Positions 28,954 through 37,694 of a stretch of DNA of 64,000 nucleotides are shown here, piece by piece (position 1 is the stretch's first letter; the number at the start of each line of letters is the position of its first letter). The translations under genes were made by a program, and so were the position numbers. Under the pieces are notes generated by a model. That model worked only from the letters and a program-made list of their open reading frames with translations. It was not told the DNA's origin and searched no databases. The stretch spans positions 7,901-71,900 of the forward strand of contig CACGPU010000005.1 in the NCBI GenBank assembly GCA_902575065.1, given 5' to 3'. Origin of the DNA: an uncultured Alphaproteobacteria bacterium. GTDB taxonomy: Bacteria; Pseudomonadota; Alphaproteobacteria; HIMB59.

Positions 28954-30357
28954 GTGTCATCAACATTAGGTATAATAATAGGTAATAGAGATTTTTTTCC
29001 AGATCATCTTATTACTGAGGCTAGAAATGAAGTTTTAAATATTTTCAAGAATAAAGGTTTAAAACCTATTATTTTAAAAGACTCAGACACCAAGCTGGGT
29101 GGAGTGGAAACATTTCTTGAAGCTCAAAAGTGTGCTGATCTTTTTAAATCCCATAAAGATGAAATAGAGGGTATATTAGTGGTCTTACCTAATTTCGGTG
29201 ATGAAAAAGGAGTAGCTGACACAATTAGACTATCAGGTTTAGATGTGCCTGTTCTCGTTCAAGCAACTCCAGATGATTTAGATAAAATGCAACCCTCGAA
29301 TAGAAGAGATGCTTATTGTGGTAAAATATCTGTTTGTAATAATCTTTATCAATATGGAATAAAGTACTCTTTAACAAAAAGCCATGTTGTAAGTTTGTCC
29401 GGAAATGAATTTGATCATGAGCTAAATAAATTTATTTCAATTTGTAAAGTAGTGAAAGGTATGAGGAGAGTCAGAATAGGAGCTGTTGGAGCAAGACCTC
29501 AAGCTTTTAATACAGTCAGGTTCAGTGAAAAAATTTTAGAACGCCATGGTATTAGTGTCACTACTATCGATTTATCAGAAGTCCTTGGTAAAGCTAAAGA
29601 ACTTAATGATGATAGCAAAAAAGTTAAAGACTCGATGAATAGAATTTCAGGTTATGGAGATACTACTGCTACCCCATCTGAAAAATTATTGCAGCTTGCG
29701 AGGCTCGATGTTGTTTTAAATGATTTTGTTGAAACAAACAAACTCGATGCTACTGCTATTCAATGTTGGACAAGTGTTCAAGAAAATTATGGATGTAATG
29801 TTTGTACGTCAATGAGTATGATGAGCGAAAATATGCTTCCAAGTGCTTGTGAAGTAGATGTCACTGGAACTTTAACGATGTATGCAATGCAATTAGCCTC
29901 AAACAGTCCTAGTGCTTTAGTTGATTGGAATAATAATTATGACCAAGACGAGGAAAAGTGTGTTTTATTTCACTGTGGAAATTGGGCTAAAAGTTTCCTC
30001 CCTGATTTGAAAATAAGTACAGCACCTATTTTGGGAAGTGTTTTTGGTGAGGAAAAAACCCATGGTGCACTTGAAGGTAGAACCCCATCCAATCCTCTAA
30101 CTTATGGAAGGATTTCCACTGATGATAACTTAGGTAAAATAAAATGCTACTTTGGAGAGGGAGAGCTAACTGATGATCCTTTAAACACTTTTGGTACAAG
30201 AGCTGTTGCAAAAGTACCTAAGCTTCAAAAATTAATGCAATATGTTTGTAGACACGGTTATGAACACCATGTAGTGATGAATGCTTCAAATACGGGTGAA
30301 ATATTAAATGAGGCTTGTGGTAATTATCTAAATTGGGAAACTTACATTCATAGTTAA
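28954..30357 (+). CDS. L-fucose/L-arabinose isomerase family protein (candidate apiose isomerase)
   Basis: NFGDE, RRDAYCGK, AIQCW, ACEVD, FHCGN, EHHV; GTG start with GGAGG SD. Confidence 0.8.
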   Translation: MSSTLGIIIGNRDFFPDHLITEARNEVLNIFKNKGLKPIILKDSDTKLGGVETFLEAQKCADLFKSHKDEIEGILVVLPNFGDEKGVADTIRLSGLDVPVLVQATPDDLDKMQPSNRRDAYCGKISVCNNLYQYGIKYSLTKSHVVSLSGNEFDHELNKFISICKVVKGMRRVRIGAVGARPQAFNTVRFSEKILERHGISVTTIDLSEVLGKAKELNDDSKKVKDSMNRISGYGDTTATPSEKLLQLARLDVVLNDFVETNKLDATAIQCWTSVQENYGCNVCTSMSMMSENMLPSACEVDVTGTLTMYAMQLASNSPSALVDWNNNYDQDEEKCVLFHCGNWAKSFLPDLKISTAPILGSVFGEEKTHGALEGRTPSNPLTYGRISTDDNLGKIKCYFGEGELTDDPLNTFGTRAVAKVPKLQKLMQYVCRHGYEHHVVMNASNTGEILNEACGNYLNWETYIHS

Positions 30358-30552
30358 TTTAACTAATGTGCTTTGATTTATTATAAGTAAAACACCAGAA
30401 ATGCTTAAAATTTTTGATTATTGAAACTTTTTGATGTTTACTCTGATTTTTTTTGTCGCAAATGATCAAATTGCATGATTTTAAGTAACAAATGTTTTGG
30501 ATTTGCTTGAAAAAATTAATATTATGCTCTCGTTATAATTAAGGAGGAATTT

Positions 30553-31455
30553 ATGAGAAAAATAATTCTTACAATTCTTGTATCATTCTTATCTCTTTCT
30601 GCATTTGCTGAAAGATATGTAATGGTAACACACGGTGAGGGTAAAGACCCTTTCTGGCCTGTTGTGCAAAAAGGTGGTGAAGATGCTGCTAGACACGTAG
30701 GTGCAGATTTTGAATATATCTTCAACCCTTCAGGTGACATGGGTGACATGGCAAAATCAATTGCTGCTGCTGCAGCAACTCAGCCTGATGGAATGGTAGT
30801 TTCACTTCCAGATCCTGAAGCTTTAGGTCAAGCAATTAAAGACGCTGTTGCTGCTGGTATTCCAGTCATCACAATGAACTCAGGTCTTGAGTCTTCTGCT
30901 TCACTTGGTGCACTAATGCACGTTGGTCAGCCTGAATACCTTGCTGGTCAATCTGCTGGTGCAAGAGCAAAAGCTGAAGGTGCTACAAAAGCTCTTTGCA
31001 TGATTCAAGAAGCTTACAACACAGCTTTGACAGATAGATGTGGTGGTTACGGTGAAGCTATTCCTACTGAATTAGTAGATAGCTCAAACGATCCTGCTAC
31101 TATCCCAACAAGAGCTGCTGCTGGTTTACAAGCAAACCCAGATGTTGATGCAGTATTATCAGTTGGTCCGCACGTTTGTGTTGGAGTTCAACAGGCTATC
31201 GATGAGTTAGGTATGTCAGTACACCACTCTTGTTTTGACTTGAGCCCACCTGTTATGGACTTAATCAATGAGGGTAAAGTTGCTTTCACAATTGACCAAC
31301 AACAACGTCTACAAGGTTATATGCCTGTTGTAGTATTACACTTATACAACAACGGTGCTGGCCTTTTACCTGGTGCAAACATACCATCAGGTCCAGGATT
31401 TGTTGACAAGTCAAATGCTTCATCAGTTGCTGCTTTAGCAGGTATTGATAGATAG
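30553..31455 (+). CDS. sugar/cyclitol ABC transporter substrate-binding protein (inositol-type)
   Basis: Signal peptide; VTHG..DPFWPVV, NSG, HVGQPE, FTIDQQ..LQGY; strong AGGAGG SD; iol context. Confidence 0.85.
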   Translation: MRKIILTILVSFLSLSAFAERYVMVTHGEGKDPFWPVVQKGGEDAARHVGADFEYIFNPSGDMGDMAKSIAAAAATQPDGMVVSLPDPEALGQAIKDAVAAGIPVITMNSGLESSASLGALMHVGQPEYLAGQSAGARAKAEGATKALCMIQEAYNTALTDRCGGYGEAIPTELVDSSNDPATIPTRAAAGLQANPDVDAVLSVGPHVCVGVQQAIDELGMSVHHSCFDLSPPVMDLINEGKVAFTIDQQQRLQGYMPVVVLHLYNNGAGLLPGANIPSGPGFVDKSNASSVAALAGIDR

Positions 31456-31474
31456 TATAATCTTATAAATCTTG

Positions 31475-31505
31475 AAAAGTGGGTAGTAAACTGCCCACTT
31501 TTTTT
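31475..31505 (+). terminator. intrinsic terminator-like hairpin after SBP gene
   Basis: AAAAGTGGGTAG-TAAA-CTGCCCACTTTT followed by T run. Confidence 0.8.
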
Positions 31506-31560
31506 ATATTTAAGTATAATTAAACTGAATGATCTTTATTAAAATTATATAAATTAAATA

Positions 31561-33150
31561 ATGGCTACAACCTCAACTCCCCAAAGACAAGAGTCTGATA
31601 GGCACCAAAAGAAAACTTGGCTTACCACACTGGTTTCAAGACCAGAAATTGGACCTATTGGAGTTATGCTGCTTTTATTTGGAATGCTTGGCTATTTCTC
31701 CATCCCTGCTGGTGAAATGTCTTGGAACCCTTTTACAGGTGAGGGTTTTAATGCACTAGGTATTAGAAACTTTCTAAGAGTTATATCTCAACTTGGAATC
31801 ATAGCAATTGGTGCTGGGCTTTTAATAATTGCTGGTGAGTTTGACTTATCTATTGGATCTATGATTGGTTTCGCAGGAGCCTGTATGGCAATGATTTTAA
31901 GGTGGGGTTTTTCATTTATTGTTCCCTATATATCTTTTGAGGGAGGTTTCCACATAGAATTTTATACGGTTTTCCACATTGCTGATGTTTCCCCAATACT
32001 AGCGATATTTATTACTTTATGTTTCACACTTTTTTTTGGATGGATACAAGGTACCATTGTAGTTAGATCAGGCTTACCTTCTTTCATCGTTACACTTGGT
32101 GGATTATTTTTTTTAAGAGGACTTACAGAAGTTTCTCTTCGCTCTTTCAATCATAGACCAGATCAAGCTAAAGGCGCTACAACAGTTACAGAAATCCCAG
32201 ATATTAAAAATATTGTAAATGTTCCCGGACATGGTGAAATGGTTCGTGAAAAAGCAAAAGCTCTTCCAGAAGCTGACCTTGTATCTTTAGCTCAAACATT
32301 ACCAGCTGATACAGTAGCAGCAATAACTGAAAGACTCGAATATACATATCAAAGGGTAGCAGATGCCAAAACTCAAATTTTGGTGGATAAAGGCACCAAA
32401 CCTTTGCAAGAAGCTCTAGCAAATGCTCAGGCTACTGGAAACGAATATATGGTCGGGATGATACAAGAAAAAATTGCTAACTTTAAAATCGATCCTGTAG
32501 TTGCAAAAACTGTCACAGATGTTGATATAGCAAGGGTTTATATAGATTCATTATACTCAGCTCAACCTGTCGCTAACTTTTTTGGTGGAGATATTTTAGA
32601 GCCTGTATTTGATTGGCTATATTTTCCAATTGATTGGAATACCAATAATTTTGGAAACCAATTTGCTCCAGGGCTGTACTCTTGTGTAATGATTTGGCTT
32701 ATTATAGCCATAATCTGTTATGTTGTTTTAAGTAGAACACAGGCTGGTAACTGGATTTATTCTACTGGTGGAAACTTAAGTGCTGCTAAAGCTAATGGTG
32801 TGCCTACAGATAAAGTTAAAGTATCTCTATTTATGTTTTCTGCTTTTTGTGCAACTGTATTTGCAACTTGCCAAGTTTTCGAGGTTAATACCGCAGATGC
32901 GGCTAAAGGAAATTTAAAAGAATTAGAGGCAATTGCTGCTGCTGTTATTGGCGGTGTTGTACTAACAGGTGGCTTTGGAACAATTTTAGGTATATGTGTT
33001 GGTGCATTTATTTTTGGAATAGCAAAAGAGGCTTTCTTCTATATCCCTGGAATCGATGGATCATTTTATAGAGTCTTTTTAGGTTTAGTAATCATAGCCT
33101 CTGCGCTAACAAATGAAAATATCCGAAAAAGAATTATAGGTAGTATATAA
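31561..33150 (+). CDS. sugar ABC permease with large soluble insertion
   Basis: GEFDLSIGS, LPSFIVTLG, GNWIYSTGGN, ELEAIAAAVIGG; 529 aa versus 344-364 aa for the other sugar permeases in this window. Confidence 0.88.
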   Translation: MATTSTPQRQESDRHQKKTWLTTLVSRPEIGPIGVMLLLFGMLGYFSIPAGEMSWNPFTGEGFNALGIRNFLRVISQLGIIAIGAGLLIIAGEFDLSIGSMIGFAGACMAMILRWGFSFIVPYISFEGGFHIEFYTVFHIADVSPILAIFITLCFTLFFGWIQGTIVVRSGLPSFIVTLGGLFFLRGLTEVSLRSFNHRPDQAKGATTVTEIPDIKNIVNVPGHGEMVREKAKALPEADLVSLAQTLPADTVAAITERLEYTYQRVADAKTQILVDKGTKPLQEALANAQATGNEYMVGMIQEKIANFKIDPVVAKTVTDVDIARVYIDSLYSAQPVANFFGGDILEPVFDWLYFPIDWNTNNFGNQFAPGLYSCVMIWLIIAIICYVVLSRTQAGNWIYSTGGNLSAAKANGVPTDKVKVSLFMFSAFCATVFATCQVFEVNTADAAKGNLKELEAIAAAVIGGVVLTGGFGTILGICVGAFIFGIAKEAFFYIPGIDGSFYRVFLGLVIIASALTNENIRKRIIGSI

Positions 33151-33941
33151 TGAGCCAAGATAATCAAGCCCCATTTATTGAGATTACAAATTTAGTTAAA
33201 AAGTTTGGTACATTCACAGCACTGAACGGTGTCTCCTTAAATGTTTTGCCCGGAGAGGTTCACGCACTTCTTGGTGATAATGGTGCCGGAAAATCAACTC
33301 TGATAAAAGTTTTATCAGGTGTTCACAAACCTACATCTGGTGTGATTAAAGTTGATGGAAATGAAGTGAAATTTGGATCCCCAAGAGAAGCTACAAGCGC
33401 AGGCATAGGAACTGTTTACCAAGATTTAGCATTGAACGCACTTACATCGGTTACTAGAAACTTTTTTTTGGGTAATGAGTTAAAAAAAGGCCCAGGACCT
33501 CTTGGAATATTAGATTTTAAAAATATGAATGAAATTACTATCGCTGAGATGGGCAAGATAGGAATAAATATCTCTGATCCGACTCAGTTAGTAGGTACGA
33601 TGTCTGGAGGACAGAGACAAACCTTGGCGATTGCTAGAGCGATATACTTTGGAGCTAAAATATTAATCTTGGATGAGCCAACATCGGCTCTTGGACAAAA
33701 ACAACAAATGGAAGTATTAAAGACTATAAAAAAAGTCCAACAATTAGGGAATATCGCAATTATTTTGATTACTCACAATGAAATCCATGCGAGGCTAATA
33801 GCTGATCGATTTACATTCTTAAGCTTGGGTGAAGTAATAGGATCTGGAAAGTCATCAGAATTAGGTGGAGATGATGTTAAGCGTTTAATGGCTGGCGGCG
33901 CTCAAATAGGTGATCTAGCAAAAGAGCTTGAGGCCGTTTAG
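33150..33941 (+). CDS. sugar ABC transporter ATP-binding protein (single domain)
   Basis: GDNGAGKS, VYQDLA, MSGGQRQ, LDEPTSALG. Confidence 0.92.
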   Translation: MSQDNQAPFIEITNLVKKFGTFTALNGVSLNVLPGEVHALLGDNGAGKSTLIKVLSGVHKPTSGVIKVDGNEVKFGSPREATSAGIGTVYQDLALNALTSVTRNFFLGNELKKGPGPLGILDFKNMNEITIAEMGKIGINISDPTQLVGTMSGGQRQTLAIARAIYFGAKILILDEPTSALGQKQQMEVLKTIKKVQQLGNIAIILITHNEIHARLIADRFTFLSLGEVIGSGKSSELGGDDVKRLMAGGAQIGDLAKELEAV

Positions 33942-33950
33942 TATTTTTTA

Positions 33951-34772
33951 CTAGTAAGAGCTAGGATTATTATCTTTATCAGACTCATCGTGTTTTTGAT
34001 TAGTTAGCTCTTTAAACTTTCTTACATGAGCTGCCGCAGCGCCTGATAGCAACCTTACATCATTAGTAATGGTAACAAGATCAAAACCCCATTCGGTAGC
34101 CTTTGCAGCATACTCTGGAGTTCCACAATGAAGACATGCAACTTTCCCATGTTTATGAGCAATTTCTAAAATTTTCTTTTTAGACTCAATCATCTCAGGT
34201 TCTGTTCGATCAAATCCAGGTGTTAACCCTCCTTTGTTCAGCCCTATCGTTAAATCTGCTGTACCAATATAAAGTCCATCAAGACCAGGTGTGGATGCGA
34301 TATCATCAAGATTATCAAATGCTTCTTGAGTTTCTATCATAGCTAGACAAAAGGTTCCCTCATTTGACTCGTAAAAATAATTTGAACTAACTGAAAAGTT
34401 AGCTCTCGTTGGACCAAAACTTCTGATACCCACTGGTGGATATTTACAATCTTGAACAAGTTTTTGCGCTTGCTCTTTGTTATTAATCATAGGACATATT
34501 ATTCCCAATGCTCCTGCATCCATGACTTTAGATATTACGGCGTGATCTAGTCCTGAAACTCTACAGATTGGAGTGACGCCACTATTTCTAATACTTTGCA
34601 ACATTGTAAATAAATCACTAAAGCCAATCATCCCATGTTGATAGTCAATGGTCAGGGCGTCATAACCCTGCTCAGACATAATTTCAGCAGTAAAAGTATT
34701 GGGTATTGATAAAAAACTATTTAGAACTATTTCTTTTTTTTGCCATTTAGTTTTTACTTTGTTTTCAATCAT
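33951..34772 (-). CDS. HpcH/HpaI family (class II pyruvate) aldolase
   Basis: IDYQHG, CRV, DAGALGIICPM, YPPVGIRSFG, MIET, YIGTADL. Confidence 0.88.
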   Translation of the reverse strand: MIENKVKTKWQKKEIVLNSFLSIPNTFTAEIMSEQGYDALTIDYQHGMIGFSDLFTMLQSIRNSGVTPICRVSGLDHAVISKVMDAGALGIICPMINNKEQAQKLVQDCKYPPVGIRSFGPTRANFSVSSNYFYESNEGTFCLAMIETQEAFDNLDDIASTPGLDGLYIGTADLTIGLNKGGLTPGFDRTEPEMIESKKKILEIAHKHGKVACLHCGTPEYAAKATEWGFDLVTITNDVRLLSGAAAAHVRKFKELTNQKHDESDKDNNPSSY

Positions 34773-34847
34773 TGAGTGTTAGATACTAAAATTATTTAAA
34801 AATATAATTATAACAATTATTTATTATTCATGAATAAATGCATAAAT

Positions 34848-35852
34848 TTAATCAATATTTTCCATCCTCCCACTTTTGACAGATTTATAGGCAGTTTCGG
34901 CTAAGAGAAGAGCTCTTCTTCCGTCCTCAAAGCCAACAGATACAGGCTTTTTTTCCAAAATTGTTTCGACAAATGAGCTAATAGAATTCATATAAGACTC
35001 TTGGTATCTCTCAATAAAAAAATTTAAATAGGGCTCACTCTTATCAACAAACTCTGAATTATATTTTTTCAATTCATGTGGCTTTCTATTTTCAGATATA
35101 ACCATCCCTTTACTTCCAAACAACTCAACTCTTTGATCGTATCCATAAGTTGCTGATCTAGAGTTGTTTATGTGACATTGTTTCCCCGAGGCTGTTTCCA
35201 TTATAATCATCAAGGTGTCACTATCATTTAATTCAGATTTTATTTTTGGATCTATTAAAGCATTAGAAATTGCAAATACTTTAACTGGTTCTTCACCAAG
35301 CATAAAACGGGCTAAATCAAAATCATGAATTGTCATATCTCTAAATTGCCCACCAGACACTTTTAAATAATCCCAACTCGGCAGACCAGGATCTCTAGAT
35401 GTAATCAGACATTGATGAAGCTCACCAATTTCACCATCAATATAAGATTTTTTTGCAGCCTGATGACCAGGATCAAATCTTCTATTAAAGCCTAATTGTA
35501 TTGGAACTTTATTACCTTCAAGTCTTTTTGAAAACTCATTTACTTTTTTTATATCGAGGTCAATAGGTTTCTCACACAAAACAGGTTTCTTTGATGCAAC
35601 GGATCTTTCTATGAAATCAATATGTGTATTTGTTGGGGAAGATATAAGAACAGCATCAATATCATTATTGTTAAAAATATCGTCAACACTTTTCACAGCA
35701 AGTACGCTTAAATCATTTGATACTTTTTTTGCAAATTCTTCATTTGGGTCATAAATGCATACTAAATTTGTCTGTTCATGAAGTTTAATATTCTTAGCAT
35801 GCATTTGGCCAATACGCCCGCACCCAATAACTGCAATACTGACTTTTTTCAT
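34848..35852 (-). CDS. iolG: myo-inositol 2-dehydrogenase
   Basis: GCGRIG, CEKPID, GFNRRFD, TSRDP, SGGQFRDMTIHDFD, YGYDQRVE. Confidence 0.92.
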   Translation of the reverse strand: MKKVSIAVIGCGRIGQMHAKNIKLHEQTNLVCIYDPNEEFAKKVSNDLSVLAVKSVDDIFNNNDIDAVLISSPTNTHIDFIERSVASKKPVLCEKPIDLDIKKVNEFSKRLEGNKVPIQLGFNRRFDPGHQAAKKSYIDGEIGELHQCLITSRDPGLPSWDYLKVSGGQFRDMTIHDFDLARFMLGEEPVKVFAISNALIDPKIKSELNDSDTLMIIMETASGKQCHINNSRSATYGYDQRVELFGSKGMVISENRKPHELKKYNSEFVDKSEPYLNFFIERYQESYMNSISSFVETILEKKPVSVGFEDGRRALLLAETAYKSVKSGRMENID

Positions 35853-35894
35853 ATCACAGAAGTATAGTATTCTTTTAATTTAAAAAATAAAAAA

Positions 35895-35911
35895 AAATTC
35901 ATTTTGAATAA
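35895..35911. promoter_or_regulatory. candidate operator (site 1) in iolG/iolE divergent promoter
   Basis: AAATTCA-TTT-TGAATAA, a variant of ATATTCA-N3-TGAATAT; centre 40 bp before TATAAT at 35943. Confidence 0.6.
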
Positions 35912-35967
35912 ATTTAAGTATTCTTTAAAAGGTTTATTTATTTATAATCTTTCTTGAGGAGGGGTTT

Positions 35968-36879
35968 ATGAAAGCAAAATTGGGAATAGCACCCATAGCA
36001 TGGTCCAATGATGATTTACCTGAACTTGGAGGAGAGACTTCTTTGGATACCTGCCTTAGTGAGTCAAAACTTGCTGGATTTAGAGGTGTGGAAACAGGTG
36101 GAAAATTTCCAAAAACTCCTGAAAAACTTGGTCCAATTTTAAAAAATCACAAATTATACCTGGCATCAGGGTGGTATTCAGGAACTGTGCTCGATAATGA
36201 CCTAGAAAATGAAAAAGATAAAGTCCTTCAACAACTCACTCTCTTCAGAGACCTAGGCGCAGCAGTTTTAGCATATGGAGAAACATCTGGAACTATCCAA
36301 AATATTAGAAATGCTCCTTTAAACACAAAAAGAAAAATACACAGTGAGGACTTTAGAGAGTATGGAAGAAAACTAACATTATTTGCAGAATTTTGCGCAG
36401 ATTTTGGTGTGCCAATTTCATTTCATCATCACATGGGTACAGCGATTGAGACTGAGGATGAGCTTGATAAATTGATGAACCACACAGGTGAGGCAGTAAA
36501 AATCTTATTTGACACAGGCCATATGACCTTTGCAGGAGGCAACTCTTTGAGAGTAATAAATAAATATGCAAAAAGAATAAATCACTTTCATGCTAAAGAC
36601 ATTCGTTCAAAGGTTGTAAATGATTTAGATCGATCAAAAAAAAGTTTTTTAGATTTTGTGTTAGAAGGGGCTTTCACAGTACCTGGAGATGGAAATATTA
36701 ATTTTAAGGAAGTAGTTGAGACATTATCAAATAATAACTACGAGGGATGGTTCATTGTCGAGGCAGAGCAAGATCCTGCCAAAGCAAACCCATTTGAATA
36801 CGCTAAAATTGGAAATAAAGAACTTGTAGAGTGCTTAAGTATGTATGGATATGAGATAGAGGATTATAGAGATGAATAG
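35968..36879 (+). CDS. iolE: myo-inosose-2 dehydratase
   Basis: GIAPIAWSNDD, SGWYS, HHHMGT, DTGH, HAKD, FTVPGDG, VEAEQDP. Confidence 0.95.
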   Translation: MKAKLGIAPIAWSNDDLPELGGETSLDTCLSESKLAGFRGVETGGKFPKTPEKLGPILKNHKLYLASGWYSGTVLDNDLENEKDKVLQQLTLFRDLGAAVLAYGETSGTIQNIRNAPLNTKRKIHSEDFREYGRKLTLFAEFCADFGVPISFHHHMGTAIETEDELDKLMNHTGEAVKILFDTGHMTFAGGNSLRVINKYAKRINHFHAKDIRSKVVNDLDRSKKSFLDFVLEGAFTVPGDGNINFKEVVETLSNNNYEGWFIVEAEQDPAKANPFEYAKIGNKELVECLSMYGYEIEDYRDE

Positions 36880-37690
36880 TATTAAGGGAAAGTTTGCACT
36901 AGTGACTGGAGGAACACAAGGTTTAGGGGCAGCAATCGCAAAAAATTTTGCTGATAGCGGAGCTGAAGGTGTTGTCACAATTGGTAGAAAAGAAGATAAA
37001 GGAAATGAGGTAGCAAAAAAAATTCAAGATGAAACTGGATGTAAAGTAATTTTTGTAAAAACAGACCTAGGAGAGGTCCAAGAGTGTAGAAATGCAGTTT
37101 CAGTTGCCAAACAAGAATTTGGGAGATTGGATGTTCTTGTTAACGCTGCCGGTATTACTGATAGGGGAGATATTGTTAATACGAGCGAAGAATTATTCGA
37201 TAAAATGATAGGTACCAACTTAAAAGGTCCTTATTTTTTAATTCAAGATACTGTGAAAATTATGATTGAACAAAACATAGAGGGTTCAATAATTAATATT
37301 GGATCTGTAGCAGCTATGACTGGCCAACCATTCATATCAACTTATTGTGTATCAAAGGGGGCTCTTGCAACATTAACTAGAAATACAGCATTCGCATTAT
37401 TAAAAAATAAAATAAGAGTTAATCAATTAAATATTGGTTGGATGGCTTCGGATGGAGAGCATGAGATTCAAACAAAATATCATGGCGCCTCAGAAAATTG
37501 GCTAGAAGATGCTGGTAAAGCTCAACCATTTGGAAGATTGCTTGATCCAAAGGAGGTAGCTAAAGCAGTAACATTTTTAGCATCTGATGACTCAGGTATG
37601 ATGACAGGTTCTGTTGTAAACTTTGATCAGTCGGTGTGGGGAGGGTATCCTTTTGCACCACCTCAGCCCGCAGAAAAAATGGAAATATAA
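36872..37690 (+). CDS. SDR oxidoreductase (iol-cluster type)
   Basis: TGGTQGLG, VNAAG, YCVSK, NIGWM. Confidence 0.9.
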   Translation: MNSIKGKFALVTGGTQGLGAAIAKNFADSGAEGVVTIGRKEDKGNEVAKKIQDETGCKVIFVKTDLGEVQECRNAVSVAKQEFGRLDVLVNAAGITDRGDIVNTSEELFDKMIGTNLKGPYFLIQDTVKIMIEQNIEGSIINIGSVAAMTGQPFISTYCVSKGALATLTRNTAFALLKNKIRVNQLNIGWMASDGEHEIQTKYHGASENWLEDAGKAQPFGRLLDPKEVAKAVTFLASDDSGMMTGSVVNFDQSVWGGYPFAPPQPAEKMEI

Positions 37691-37694
37691 TAAT

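Noticed and set aside
30358-30552. Longest intergenic region as possible sRNA
   Set aside because: No stable stem-loop or terminator seen; consistent with a promoter region for the SBP gene.
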